Shown here piece after piece: positions 1-13,408 of a DNA stretch of 64,000 bases (within the stretch, counting starts at the first letter, position 1; each line of letters opens with the position of its first letter). Below the pieces are notes generated by a model. The model was given only the letters and a program-made list of their open reading frames with translations, was not told the origin of the DNA and searched no databases. The DNA is taken from NCBI GenBank assembly GCA_020137815.1, contig CM035352.1, positions 6,324,001 through 6,388,000 of the forward strand. Reading direction: 5' to 3'. The DNA comes from Hormiphora californensis. Taxonomy: Eukaryota; Animalia; Ctenophora. Both the position numbers and the translations under genes were made by a program.

Positions 1-1520
1 CTCATCTACTCCATCTCTCAGCTATCCTACCCCTCAGCTACCATATTCCTCAGGTACCCCAATACCCCATCCTGCTCGATCTCTCTGCTACCCTGCCTCT
101 CATATAATACTCAATCTCTCAGCTACCCTGCCCCTCATCTACTCTATCTCTCAGCTACCCTTCCCCCTCCCCATCTACTACATCTCTCAGCTACCCTACC
201 CCTCATCTCAGCAGTCAGCTACCTTACCCCTCATCTACGTCAACTCTCAGCTACCCTACCCCTCATCTACTTCATCTCTTAGATACCCTACCCCTCATAT
301 AATACATCTCTCAGATATCCTACCCCTCATCTAGTCCATCTCTCAGCTATCCTACCCCTCAGCTACCATATCCCTCAGGTACCCCAATACCCCATCCTGC
401 TAGATAACTGTAAGATCTTATTAGACCTGCTTCTAAAACCCCCAGAATACCCACCAGACCTCATTAGATACTCCTTAGAACCTTTCAGGTACCCTTACAA
501 CCTGGTCTGGTGGGTATCCTGGGGGAAGCATCTAATAAGATCTTACAGTTATCTAGCAGGATGGAGTATTAGGGTACCTGAGGAAGATGGTAGCTGAGGG
601 GTAGGATAGCCGATAGCTGAGAGATGGAATAGATGAGGGGTAGGATAGCTGAGAGATGGAATAGATGAGGGGTAGGACATCTGAGAGATGTATTATATGA
701 GGGGTAGGGTATCTAAGAGATGAAGTAGATGAGGGGTAGGGTAGCTGAGAGATGGAGTAGATGAGGGGCAGGGTAGCTTAGAGATTGCGTAGATGATGGC
801 TAGGGTAGCTGAGAGATGGAGTAGATGAGGGGCAGGGTAGCTGAGAGATGGAGTGTAGATGAGGGGTAGGTTAGCTGAGAGATGGAGTAGATGAGGGGTA
901 GGGTCGGGTAGGGTAGCTGAGAGATGGAGTAGATGAGGGGCAGGGTAGCTGAGAGATTTAATAAATGGGGAGGGGTAGCTGAGAGATAGAGTAGATAAGG
1001 GATAGGGTAGCTAAGAGATCGAGTAGATGAGGGGTAGGGTAGCTGAGAGATCGAGTAAATGAGGGGTAGGGTAGCTGAGAGATGGCGTAGATGAGGGGTA
1101 GGGCCAAGGGTATCTGAGAGATGGAGTAGATATTAAGGGGTAGGATATCTGAGAGATGCAGTAGATGAGGGGTAGGATAGCTGAACGATGGATTAGATGA
1201 GGGAGATGAGGGGTAGGATAGCTGGTGCCTGGTAGTTGGAGTAGATGAGGGGTAGGTTAGCTGAGAAATGGAGCAGATGAGGGGTAGGGTAGCTGAGAGA
1301 TGTAGTAGATGGGGAGGGGGAAGGGTAGCTGACAGATAGAGTAGATGAGGGGCAGGGTAGCTGAGAGATTGAGTATTATATGAGAGGCAGGGTAGCAGAG
1401 AGATCGAGCAGGATGGGGTATTGGGGTACCTGAGGAATATGGTAGCTGAGGGGTAGGATAGCTGAGAGATGGAGTAGATGAGGGGTGGGGTCGCAGGTAG
1501 GGACAGCTGAGGGGAATATG
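1..1520. repeat. Foldback minisatellite: ~31-32 bp unit (ctcatctactccatctctcagctaccctaccc) in two inverted arms; left arm cut by the window edge
   Basis: 1-205 is nearly the exact reverse complement of ~1277-1482. The inner arm ends cctgctagataactgtaagatcttattaga (~396-425) and tctaataagatcttacagttatctagcagg (531-560) face each other across a ~100 bp spacer. Confidence 0.85.
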
Positions 1521-2283
1521 AAGCATTATGTGTCATGTATAATAACAGTCTACTCTTATAATATCCGGTACACTAAGTCGTGTAAGCGACAGAAATCAGA
1601 ATACCACACACACACTGCCTTGATACACCACACTCCAACACATTCACAGTCCCCACACACAGCCCCCTACGCGCCCTCTTGGCAGAGAGAGAAAAAGCAG
1701 TACTCCGGAAAAAAGCAATACTCTCTAAACATCAATGTGTCAGCACTGTGACGCACCACACGAATTATGAGCATGATTTCAAATGTTACAGCTAACTGGC
1801 TACGTCTTACGTCGGATCTTGAAAAAAATTACACCAGCTTCTTCAGCAGACAATTGTCTAGAGGGCATATCTCGCCTTTTTTTGAATTTCGCGATATTAC
1901 TCTTTCAGTGAGCCGGAGAAGCTGCCTAGGTTGACAGATTTCGTGGTGTACAGAATCATGACGACTTTTACAAAAGAGCCCATAGCCTAGCCTGTGTTTA
2001 TCCAATCAAGTCCGGGTTTGATCTACGGTATTAGGAATTGTCTGGGCTTGAACCTACTGTGAATAATTATTTGTTAATCTAATTAGGGGCTACGCTATGA
2101 CACGTGGAACTTGAAACATGCCCTGAACGCGCACGATTCCAGTGTTGCGACACACACACAGAAGAAAAAAAAGCAGTACTCCGGACAGGGGGTGAATTTG
2201 GCGGTTTCAGTACCACCCCCTCAATTCTCCTCCCCCCGCGTTTCCTAATAACACCCCACCATTCCTTATAGCACACTCACAGT

Positions 2284-5200
2284 ATGGCTGCCTTTATGAG
2301 AAAGAGTCTGACTGGCCTGGTCAGCAGCGGATCTAGGTGTCTTTCCGTCTCCGCACCCCGACACGCCAAGGTGTCAGTTCTAGGTGCTGCTGGTGGTATT
2401 GGACAACCCCTGTCTCTTCTTCTGAAGCAGGTACAAAGTTAGATAAAATATTGTGTCTATAATTTAGACCTATCTTCTCCTCAGTCTACCCTTATCTCCC
2501 CTCGCCCTCCCCTCAATCTCCCCTCAGTCTACCCTTATCTCCCCTCAGTCTACCCTTATCTCCCCTCACTATCCCCCATCTCCCCTCAGTCTACCCTTAT
2601 CTCCCTCAATCTCCCCCCATCTCCCCTCAGTCTACCCTTATCTCCCTCACTATCTCTCTCAATCTCCCCTCAGTCTACCCCCATCTCCTCTCAGTCTACC
2701 CTTATCTCCCCTCAGTCTACCCTTATCTCCCCTCAGTCTACCCTCATCCCACTCACTCCTCCCCTCACTCTACCCTTATCTCCCCTCAGTCTACCCTTAT
2801 CTCCCCTCAGTCTACCCTTATCTCGGAGTTGTCACTGTACGACGTTGCCAACACTGTGGGTGTAGCAGCTGATCTCTCTCACATCGAGTCAGCCGCCCAA
2901 GTCAAGGGATACGTGGGTGAATCTCAGCTAGAGGAATGCCTTAAAGGTAGGTGCTGTATGTCTTTCAGGTATAATACCTGAAGTACTAAATCTCTCTCTT
3001 TCGATCTCTTTCGATTATGATCTCTCTAGCTCTCTCCTTCCCCTCTCTTCCTCCATGTAACTTTGTATCCCTCTCCCTCTAGGCAGCAACATTGTCATTA
3101 TCCCTGCTGGAGTCCCTCGAAAGCCCGGTATGACCCGAGATGATCTGTTCAACATCAACGCGGGAATTGCTAAGGCACTAGCTGATGCTGCCTCAAAAGC
3201 GTGCCCTGAGGCTATGCTGTGCATCATCTCCAACCCCGTCAACTCAACCGTCCCTATTGCATCAGAGGTTAGTAAATGGGTTTTTGGACCAAATTACATA
3301 GCAACTGGGAGAGTTTGTTACTTATATACACTAAAAGACATTAAAAGATTGAGTTGTTAGACATCGAATTTCTCAGCTATGTTAACTTAATCAGGCATTT
3401 CAAAAATATACTATGATTCATTGTTCAACAATCAAATTGGTATTAACACTCACTTAAGAGTGTCCTCTCAAGCTAACACCGAACCGGAATTCTTATTCGA
3501 AAACGTTTTTTAAGTGATCCGAATAGCCCCTTTGATGAAATCCCGTAGATGGTTTGGGTGTATTAAAGCACATTTTAGTGTCATCCTACTTCAGGTCAGG
3601 TTATTCAGGTATTTTGGATTTTATGGTCAGAACCGACTTATGAACAAAATCAGTAAGGTCTTTGGTGATCTCTTGAATTAAAGGCTAAAATATATTATGT
3701 CAGGTTCCAAAACCAACAAATTTAGGTGTTCAGGGTCAGGGTTTATGGTTTTAGGGTTCTACCGAACGACCTCAGCAACAAAATATAAGCTATCGTCGCG
3801 CGTAAATGGAACTCACTTTAGTCAAACTATCTATTGGTATTTGCAGAATTTGTTATCCGAAAAAACCAAACGGGACACTTGGTTAGAACATGGGTCAATT
3901 ATCCCGAATGTATTAACTTGATTTTATGAAACAATTCTTGAGGACGCTCAACACTTAGTGTTATAAGATGATTTCGATACGCGTTTAAGGTAGAAAATAC
4001 TTTGTCAAAAAATGATGCATCAGGCAACGAAAAAACCTATCACCACTGAACATTATGACCATTTTGGAATCAATGTGGCTTAAATTAAGTCCAAAAACTT
4101 GGACATTTAAAAACATTAATTATAAGACGCATACCACTTCCCGTTTTTTTTGGTATCGTCTAGGCAAAATACCTATACAGTACAACAGAGGTTGCAATCA
4201 CTGGATCCATAAGCTAGCGCCTATATCCCACTGACTTTATGATGTTCTGCATCGAATGTAGTCCGTCTGTAGTAGTACCTGTTATACGTCCATGGTGGGA
4301 CATTTAACAGAACCACTTAAAACGAGGCCGTCTAGCCCCCATTAGATTTTTGATCGTAGAAACGATAATCCACGAAAATCGAACACAGATGTTTGAATGT
4401 CCTTGATTGATAAGCTAGTTCTGCCAGTGTAGGAAGCCACTACTCCAGGGATAGCGAAGAATCGTTACGTGAGGTATCTGTCGCGTTAGTTCCTAGCGAG
4501 AAGTGCATGTTTACCACTGTCTCTGCAGGTGAGAAGAATTTCGCGAAAAGGAACACAAGGCAGAATCGGCACGACTAGCAAAACCCATGTGGAATTGTCC
4601 TTAACCAATGATTTAATGATGCAAACACGCAATTCAGAAAAGAAGTTGTACCAACTGAATGAGCATTTTAACGATTAACTGCATAGGTGTTAGGAAGCTA
4701 TAGGGATCCGGCGTACAGAAATACGAATGGAGGTGCAGACTTTCCGTTAGTTGCCCTACGTTGTACTTCAAAAACGTGCAGCCTCCGTTTTCTACCGACT
4801 TCTCGTTCTGTATGCGATGAGATGTAACTTATCCTAAAAGAACAAAGGACCGATTTTGGCAGCACAGGCTTTAATCACTGTGGATCACTTCTTTACCAAG
4901 TATTTAAGATTCAAACACCACATTCCCGTAAAAATCCTCGACTGTTTTGCTCATTTTATTCAGCAATTTTTAAAACACCGTTTATGACATAAAGCATGAT
5001 GGTGTTGTATCACGACGTTCGCTTCGTACATTGTCGATAAAAATGGGGTTGCAGACTTTCGATTTGTCTTGAAAGTCACGTTTACCGTTCAAAAGATGTG
5101 CGCAGCGGGTTTCAAACCTAGACCCTTAAATCTTTATGCTAGGACCTAAAAAATAAAACGATTTGGCGATGGTACATTAGATTTTTTTAGTGCCCCCCCG

Positions 5201-8200
5201 AGAACATTGGTCAAGCCACAACGATTTATATCTACCTAGGATGTTACTTCGGTCTCTCAAGAACTGTCAGTTTCCAGCCGAATATACTTTAGAACATCAC
5301 TCAAGACTGGAGTTTGGTTTGAGCTTTCCAAAAATGCGGGTGATTCCCTATTATAGTAAAGGCCGTTAACAAAGTAGTCTTCAAAAATCAGTAGAATTGG
5401 ACTTACTGCAATCACCAGACTTGCGAGTATTGGGCCTCCTGCTAGGATTCCTAATTTTACAGCAGATGTGTAAGTTTGGCAGTCTTGAAGGACCATTCTT
5501 CTCACTGTGGTGACTCTACTTATTGCCAACATTGTCATTGCGAAGAGCGACAGTTGAGAACCGGTGGTGCTGAGAACCCCAAGAAAGGAGCACTCTGTAG
5601 AACTATACCATTCGTAACGTTTCTGACAATAGTCTCCAGAGATCATGTAAATCTGGTCAAAGTAGGATACTGCAATTAGATAAAGTCCTAAGCACCAGTC
5701 TCCAAGATGAATCATCGTTATACCAAGTTGGTTCAGGAACATTTCATATGTTTCTTGGTGGGTTAGTTTCGAGCCTGATCTCACAAGAGAAACAGTGTTC
5801 AGCACTGTCGACATGGTTCCCACGATGTAGCTGCCTATCCTCAGATGGTTGTTTTCGAAGATGTTAAGGGTACGCTAACCAAAAATTTTTTTCGAGTGCA
5901 GGGAAATCTCTCACCGTAGGGTTGTAGGCCATACCAAGGAGACCTCAAATATGCAATTTTAGCCCTTAAGTCGAATTCATATTTTTGCTACAGCTGTTTA
6001 AAAAATGTCCTGTAAATACGTTTTTGGCATCTCAAAAATTTTTTTCTAAAGATAGGAGCATGAAAATTTGGGGATTTGAAGAGGACATGAAGGTGAATAA
6101 CCACAAAAAATTTTTTCGCAATCCGAGCTGATTTCCGGTCCTGAGATGGATTTCTTTTTTTCCACTTTAACGCCCTATTTGGCAAAGTTCCGAAAACATA
6201 TGAAAGCTGTAAATTGGTGAAAAGTTGCGTCTAACGATTATCTAAGTGGCCATAAATTTTGGGCGTGTCCTTATTTGAGATAAGCTGTACAGAGTTTTTT
6301 TTGTGAAAGCCGTCATTTCAGAAATAAATTAATTCCCTGTATCTCAAAAACGACTGATCGTAGAGACCTGAGACTATGCTTAAACGATTCAGAAGGTCCG
6401 ATTTTGGGGGGGTCTTCTGAGAGACATTTTGCTCCTACTTCAACCGTTTTTGCTGTAATTGCGAAAAACAAAAACCCATCTTCGCCATCGTGGATTTTTT
6501 GTGATTTTGTTTTTGGTGATTATAGGGACCCATATGGACCAAATAGTGAAGGAATTAGCTTGTTACACACTTTTCCATAGTTTCGGTCCTTTCTTAGCTA
6601 AAATTCCCTAATTACAGGATATTGGAGTTTAGCTTTTGCCCTTTTCATAGAATTTGTTTTTCGCAATTACAGCAAAAACGGTTGAAGTAGGAGCAAAATG
6701 TCTCTCAGAAGACCCCCCCAAAATCGGACCTTCTGAATCGTTTAAGCATAGTCTCAGGTCTCTACGATCAGTCGTTTTTGAGATACAGGGAATTAATTTA
6801 TTTCTGAAATGACGGCTTTCACAAAAAAAACTCTGTACAGCTTATCTCAAATAAGGACACGCCCAAAATTTATGGCCACTTAGATAATCGTTAGATGCAA
6901 CTTTTCACCAATTTACAGCTTTCACATGTTTTCGGAACTTTGCCAAATAGGGCGTTAAAGTGGAAAAAAAGAAATCCATCTCAGGACCGGAAATCACCTC
7001 GGATTTCAAAAAAAAATTTTGTGCTTACTCACCTCTTTGTCCTCTTCAAATCCACAAATTTTTATGATCCTATCTTTACAAATGTATTTTTAAGATGCCA
7101 AAAACTTATTTTCAGTTCATTTTTCAAGCAGCTGTAGCAAAAATATGAATTCGACTTGAGAGCTCAAATTGCATATTTGAGGTCTCCTTGGCATGGCCTA
7201 CAACCCTACGGTGAGAGATTTCCCTGCACTCGAAAAAAATTTTTGGTTAGCGTACCCTTAAAGTGGCTTAAAGGTTGACAAGATACCTAAAACTTTTCGT
7301 ATATCGTCTTATTTTGATTTATCATTAATTTTCAGCATTTTTTCAGAATTTTTTGTCGGCTAGAAAAAAATTCGAAATAGGGGGTCTACCGATATTGTCA
7401 GCACTGGTTTTACTGGGCACACTCACTGCGTCTCGCAAATTGAAATTCATGTTTCCGGTTCCTCAAAAGATAAAGACTTGATCTTGGTTGCGTTGGATTG
7501 GTCTCAATAAGACCTTTCCAACGCTACCAAAACGGTTTCTGTATCTCATCAGGAACCGGAGATATTACGTTATCAATTTTAAAAAAGGCACACTCATTTG
7601 TCAGTAGACCCCCTATTTTGCACATATTTCTAGCCGACAAAAAATTCTGAAAAAATGCTGAAAATTAATGATAAATCAAAATAAGACGATATACGAAAAG
7701 TTTTAGGTATCTTGTCAACCTTTAACGGGCATTCAGGCTGGCACTCATCCGAGTAATCTCCACAGCTTACCACTCCATTGCACACTTGTGGCAAGTCCAG
7801 ATAAGTATCACTGGAGTTACACTTGAAGTTGTTTTTACAGTTTTTCTCGTCAGAACCATCCCCACAGTCGTCTTTAAGGTCACACACTTGTTGATATTGC
7901 ACACACCTTTTATTGAAACAGGGGAAAATTTGATGATCATACCATGAACTGTTTTCAATTTTCAGCAAAGTTGTAACTGTCTTATCCCATGTGAGGGCCC
8001 GGACACTGTCGCTACGGGTTTTGCAAGTGTCACCAGGTACATCGATCAGTGGGCATTCAGCATCCAGACAAATGTTGTTGCATGCGGCGTAGACATAGTT
8101 CTCTCCGAACAGATTTAGACAGCTGATTTTCTCATTGGGAAGAATAACCATTGTAGGCTTCGTTACATTAAGAACTGTTGGTACGAATCCGGACTTGTGT

Positions 8201-11200
8201 TCTCTGATCGAGCAGTTGGAAAATTGGTATGTCTCGTTTCCTTTAGAGAGGCAATGTGGCAGTATTTTTAGTCCGTTGTATTTAGGAGAGGTGTTATTAA
8301 CACCTCCCATCCCTAAATGGTTAGCAGCAGCACAGAGATAATTTTCAAAAGGACAGGTGGGAATCTTGTCACAAAGTTCCGGAAATCGTATGGATTTGCT
8401 TTCTGACGGGCACAAAAGAACCGATTCACAGTCTTCGTAGCTGTAGGCAAAATTTTTCGAGCCACACTTTTTCCACTGCGTTTCATCTTCATCTATTCCA
8501 TCGATACAGTCCTTCTGCCCATCCATAAGCCATTCTAACGGTATTGGTAGAGAGATATTCTTTCCCACATACTGTGACTGGAATCTTCGAACACAGTTGA
8601 TGCTAGTTTTACTAATGCAGATTTCATCTTTCCCTGAGTTACAATCAACATGTCCATCACACTTTTGTCCCTTATGGATTTTACAGCCCGGCTCAGGTTC
8701 AAAACACTCATTATTGTAGTTATCGTCACATAGATTTTCATATCCCTTGCAGTATCCCCAGATGGAAATGTTTGTTGGGTATCCCTCTGACAGACACTGC
8801 ATTGCAACTCTATCATGATCACTGCAGTTGGTCTGATCCTGCCCATTGGTACATACTGGATATAATGGCCTGGAGCACCGCATACTTTGCTGGATCTTGA
8901 TACGTTTTTTGAGACTCGCATGAGTACATGTGGTATGGTCAGCAGTGATCCAATTGTCGCACCCAATTTCATCTTCTCCATTGGGACAATCTGACTCGCC
9001 ATCACACATCAAGAAAGGAGTTACCCACTTGTCCCCACACTGTACACCATACTGCACACCATTACAGTGTGACTCATGGTCACAATCGCCAATATCCATT
9101 TTTTCATCATAAACCGTACTGTCATTCCTGCTGTTGCAGTTTACCATGTTCAAGTCTCCATCACACTGGTAAGAGTCATCGCAGCGAGTAACTTCTTCAA
9201 CTAGGCTTCCAGCCCGGTAAAATTGGTGTTTTCCGAAATTATATGTACACATGTACGTTTCACATAGGAGAGTTGTTCCATTCAGCAGCCTGGACCCTGA
9301 ACACCAATCGTGCCCACATACCTGGTACGTTCCTGGATCATCTTGACACTGGCTTGAGAAGTCGAAGAAATAACAACTACCACTAATACCCATTAGATAT
9401 CCCACGGTGTAAAGTTCATCTGACCAGGGACATTTGAATCCCCAGCGCCCGTTTTTTTCGCACTGTTCGTGCAGGTAGCCATTCACTTCAACAGCTGTAC
9501 ACTTGGACGTAGGATTGGTGGTTGGGTCTATTGTAGGGGCTGACGTTTCACCATGAACGGCTTCGGCTGTATTGGTATGTGATGTGATAGATGCCAACCA
9601 GAGTACAAGTGTAGCACAGAACAGGGCCAGCTTCATCTCGCTCCTCTGCTAGAAGGGGAGAGATGCGATGTATGAGAACAGGCTGCCATCGAGACTACTA
9701 TCGAGGGACAGATTGCAGCAACAAATTATATGAAATATAAGTTGGGCCTAGCCCTAAAAAGGCCATCGGTACCCTGACTTTGGTCGATGTCCTTTTTAAG
9801 AAAGTACAACAAAGTGGTAATAACTCATCTCCCTCAAACAACTCTTTTCTCCCCTATACGAGGCTACCTATGTTCCGGCAAAGCCAATCTAAAAGACATA
9901 AATATTATAATAATATCACACATCACCCACACAAATGAGCAAACCTGTACTAGTAGTATAATAGGGGGGGGGGGGTGATAAATGGGTGATTTTGGACAGG
10001 TAATTGACCCCCTTGGTATTAGGTTGTTCCACAATGATCGGGACTGTAGGTGTAGCTAAAAAACTAGACAACTTAGGGAAATTCTGCCGACAGCATCGTG
10101 TTTTTGGGATATTTTTCTCTTATAAGAAGCTTCGTTAAGATCCTGTTGCGTTTTTATAGGAACCAGGAAGTGTACTTTACAAATCTCACTTTTTTCGCCG
10201 CTGCAAATGAAAAAAGTGACTTTTTTCAAGAAGCTCTGAGGTCCCATAAAATTCATTAATCAATAAAAAAAACAGTACTAAGTGTTCGGAAATTGTCTGG
10301 GCTTAAACATAAGCGGAATATTTTTTTGAATGAATTTTGAATTTGCTCGGCGCAGGAGTCATTTCCTGTTGAACTTTAAAATCCGAATTTTCAAGAAACT
10401 GTGGCCCTTGCCAGCACATAGAGCTTCCAAAACACAATCTTGATTGCTAAAAGTATAATTGAAACGATTATCTTTGTGAATCCATTCATTTTAAACCTTT
10501 TAATGGTCATTTTTATACCTTTTTTGGGGTTTTAAAAAAATTGCCCCAAAATCGCCACTTATTTTAGTCATTTTTTGGTCATTTTTTGGGAACTTTTGCC
10601 GATATTGAACAACTAAACCGAATTTTTCCAACGAATTTCACACGAATGACTTGATTAGGTCCAAGTCTAACCCCTCCCGGCGTAAAATTAAATTTCGGTC
10701 ATAATAAGGTACCTTAATTGGTCGATAATTGGTCGGGCAGCGGCGGGTATTTCGAGATATTGAAAATTGGCCCTAAATCCGGAACCAAACAGTTAGCGAC
10801 AAAACTAGGGGGGGGGGGTGACACGTAACACTTTGTAACACTTTGTAACATGTGCAGAAAACTTTTTGTGCACGTTACATGTTACAAAGTGTTACAAAGT
10901 GTTACAAAGTGTTACAAAATGTTACAAAGTGTTACAAAATGTTACAAAGTGTTACAAAATGTTACAAAATGGGCATTTTTTGCAACATTTTGCAACATTT
11001 TGCAACATTTTGTAACACTTTGTAACACTTTGTAACACTTTGTAACGCTTGTAACACTTTGTAACATGTGCAGAAAACATTTTGTGCACGTTACATGTTA
11101 CAAAGTGTTACAAAGTGTTACGTGTCACCCCCCCCAAAACTAATACCAGTTTTTCTCTTTCAAATTAAGGAATTGACCTGGTAGTACCGTCAGTTTGATT

Positions 11201-11470
11201 CAGGGGGTTGCATAGCGTGGTGTATAGCCCCAGTCCCAATCATTGTGGAACAACCTAATATCTCCCATGGAGATGAACTAGGGGAGGGGGGTTTGAGTTA
11301 CCTCATAATAATAACAGTACGGCAAATAATATCTCTGTATCAGAATTATCAGAATGAATATTTGGGCCATATATAGCAGTTAGTTGTAAATCACAACATC
11401 TAAGAGAGCTTTACTACAACTGAACTATCCTCTCTTCCCCTCTCTATCATTCTCTCTCATTCTCTCTCTC

Positions 11471-11517
<47 letters not shown>

Positions 11518-13119
11518 CTCGCTCTCTCTCTCTCTCTCTCAGATCACGTGATGCACGCTCGCTTCTTCTCTCCTGTACAGGGTTGGTCACAGTATCCATG
11601 CGCACCCAATTCATCTTCCATTGGACAATCTGACCCCATCACACATCAAGAAAAGGTTACCCACTTGTCCCACACTGTACACCATCTGCACACCATTACT
11701 GTGACAGGTCCATCGCCAATTCCTTTCAGCAAACGTACTGTCATTCCTGCTGCGCAGTTACCATTCAAGTCTCACTAACAACACTGGTAGAGTCATCGCA
11801 CGAGTAGTTTTAAACCTTCCAGCCCGTAAATTGTGTGTTCCGATATTATATGATGTACACATGTACGTTTCACATAGGAGAGTTGTTCCATTCAGCAGCC
11901 TGGACCCTGAACACCAATCATGCCCACATACCTGGTACGTTCCTGGATCATCTTGACACTGGCTTGTTAATTCGAAGAAATAACAACTACCACTAAAACC
12001 CATTAGATATTCCACGGCGTAAAGTTCATCTTACCAGGGACATTTGAATTTCCAGCGCCCGTTTTTTTCGCACCGTTCGTGCAGGTAGCCATTCACTTCA
12101 ACAGCTGTACACTTGGACGTAGGATTGCTTGGCAAATAACGGGGGGTGTAAGTGGTACTTGTTGACTTTTCAGCCTCACGTCTATGTATTGGTGTTATTG
12201 TAGGGACTGGCGGTCCACCATGAACGGCTTCGGCTATGTTGGTATGTGATGTGATAGATGCCAACCAGAGTACAAGTGTAGTACACAACAGGGCCAGCTT
12301 CATCTCGCTCCTCTGCTAGAAGGGGAGAGATGCGATGTATGAGAACAGGCTGCTATCGAGACTACTATCGAGGGATAGATTGCAGCAACAACTTATATGA
12401 AATATAAGTTGGGTCCAGCCCTAAAAAGGCCATCGGTACCCTGACTTTGGTCGATGTCCTTTTTAAGAAAGTACAACAAAGTGGTAATAACTCATCTCCC
12501 TCAAACAACGCTTTTCTCCCCCTATACGAGACTACCTATGCTCCGGCAAAGTCAATCTAAAAGACATGAATATTATAATAATATCACACATCACCCACAC
12601 AAATGAGCAGACCTGTACTAGTAGTATAATAGGGGGCGGTGATAAATGGGTGATTTTGGACAGGTAATTGACCCCCTTGGTATCTCCCATGGAGATGAAC
12701 TGGGGGAGGGGGGTTGGAGTTACCGGGGGGGGGGGGGGGGGGGGGGCAACGAATTTTTTTATATACCTTACTCTCGTTTTTTAAGAAACGCTTTAGTAAG
12801 AAACTTTTTTATAAGAAACTTTTCAAATGTAAATCACACAATTCAGAGACACCACAACAAAATAGAACACCCCTAACTTGTTTAGTTTCTTGATAAAGGA
12901 GAATTTGTTTTTGTTTTTGGATTGCTTACACCTGTAGTTTCCTAGAAAAAAAGTTTCTTATTTAAAAGTTTCTTGAAATGTGCGAGCTTAATTAACGAGA
13001 GTAAGGTATTTCCTTGATTTTGGAATTTTTTATATATATATGTAGTATATAAAAAATTATGTTTTATTTTTCAAAAAAATGGGTATATAAAATATATAAA
13101 AATATATAAAAATTAGCGT

Positions 13120-13166
<47 letters not shown>

Positions 13167-13328
13167 AGTTACCTCATAATAATAACAGTACGGCAAATAA
13201 TATCTCTGTATCAGAATTATCAGAATGAACATTTGGGCCATATATAGCATATTAGTTGTAAATCACAACATCTAAGAGAGCTTATACTACAACTGAACTA
13301 TCCTCTCTTCCCCTCTCTATCATTCTCT

Positions 13329-13408
<80 letters not shown>

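Larger units (their letters stand above)
5257..9636 (-). pseudogene. Nested LDL-receptor class A repeat / rhodopsin-like 7TM receptor (GRL101/LGR-like, no LRRs), interrupted by two TTAA elements; TM5-7 not found
   Basis: ORF from 9636 has a signal peptide and many LDLa motifs ([26 protein letters not shown]). Removing 7272-7721 and 5868-7257 plus one TSD each gives [30 protein letters not shown], in frame with ORF 5257-5823 (TM1-TM4, [16 protein letters not shown]). Recognisable similarity stops at DYFVNGLYY (~5350). Confidence 0.75.

Noticed and set aside
958-1536. 192-aa and 89-aa S/P/L/Y-rich ORFs
   Set aside because: Translations of the minisatellite.
4380-4840. Possible missing TM5-7 exons of the first LDLa receptor
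   Set aside because: The minus-strand frames I read gave no convincing TM6/TM7 motifs; only a vague NGGCTFLKY similarity.
5988-7137. Mirror-image ORF pairs (also 32478-33383)
   Set aside because: Products of inverted-repeat arms; no transposase motifs.
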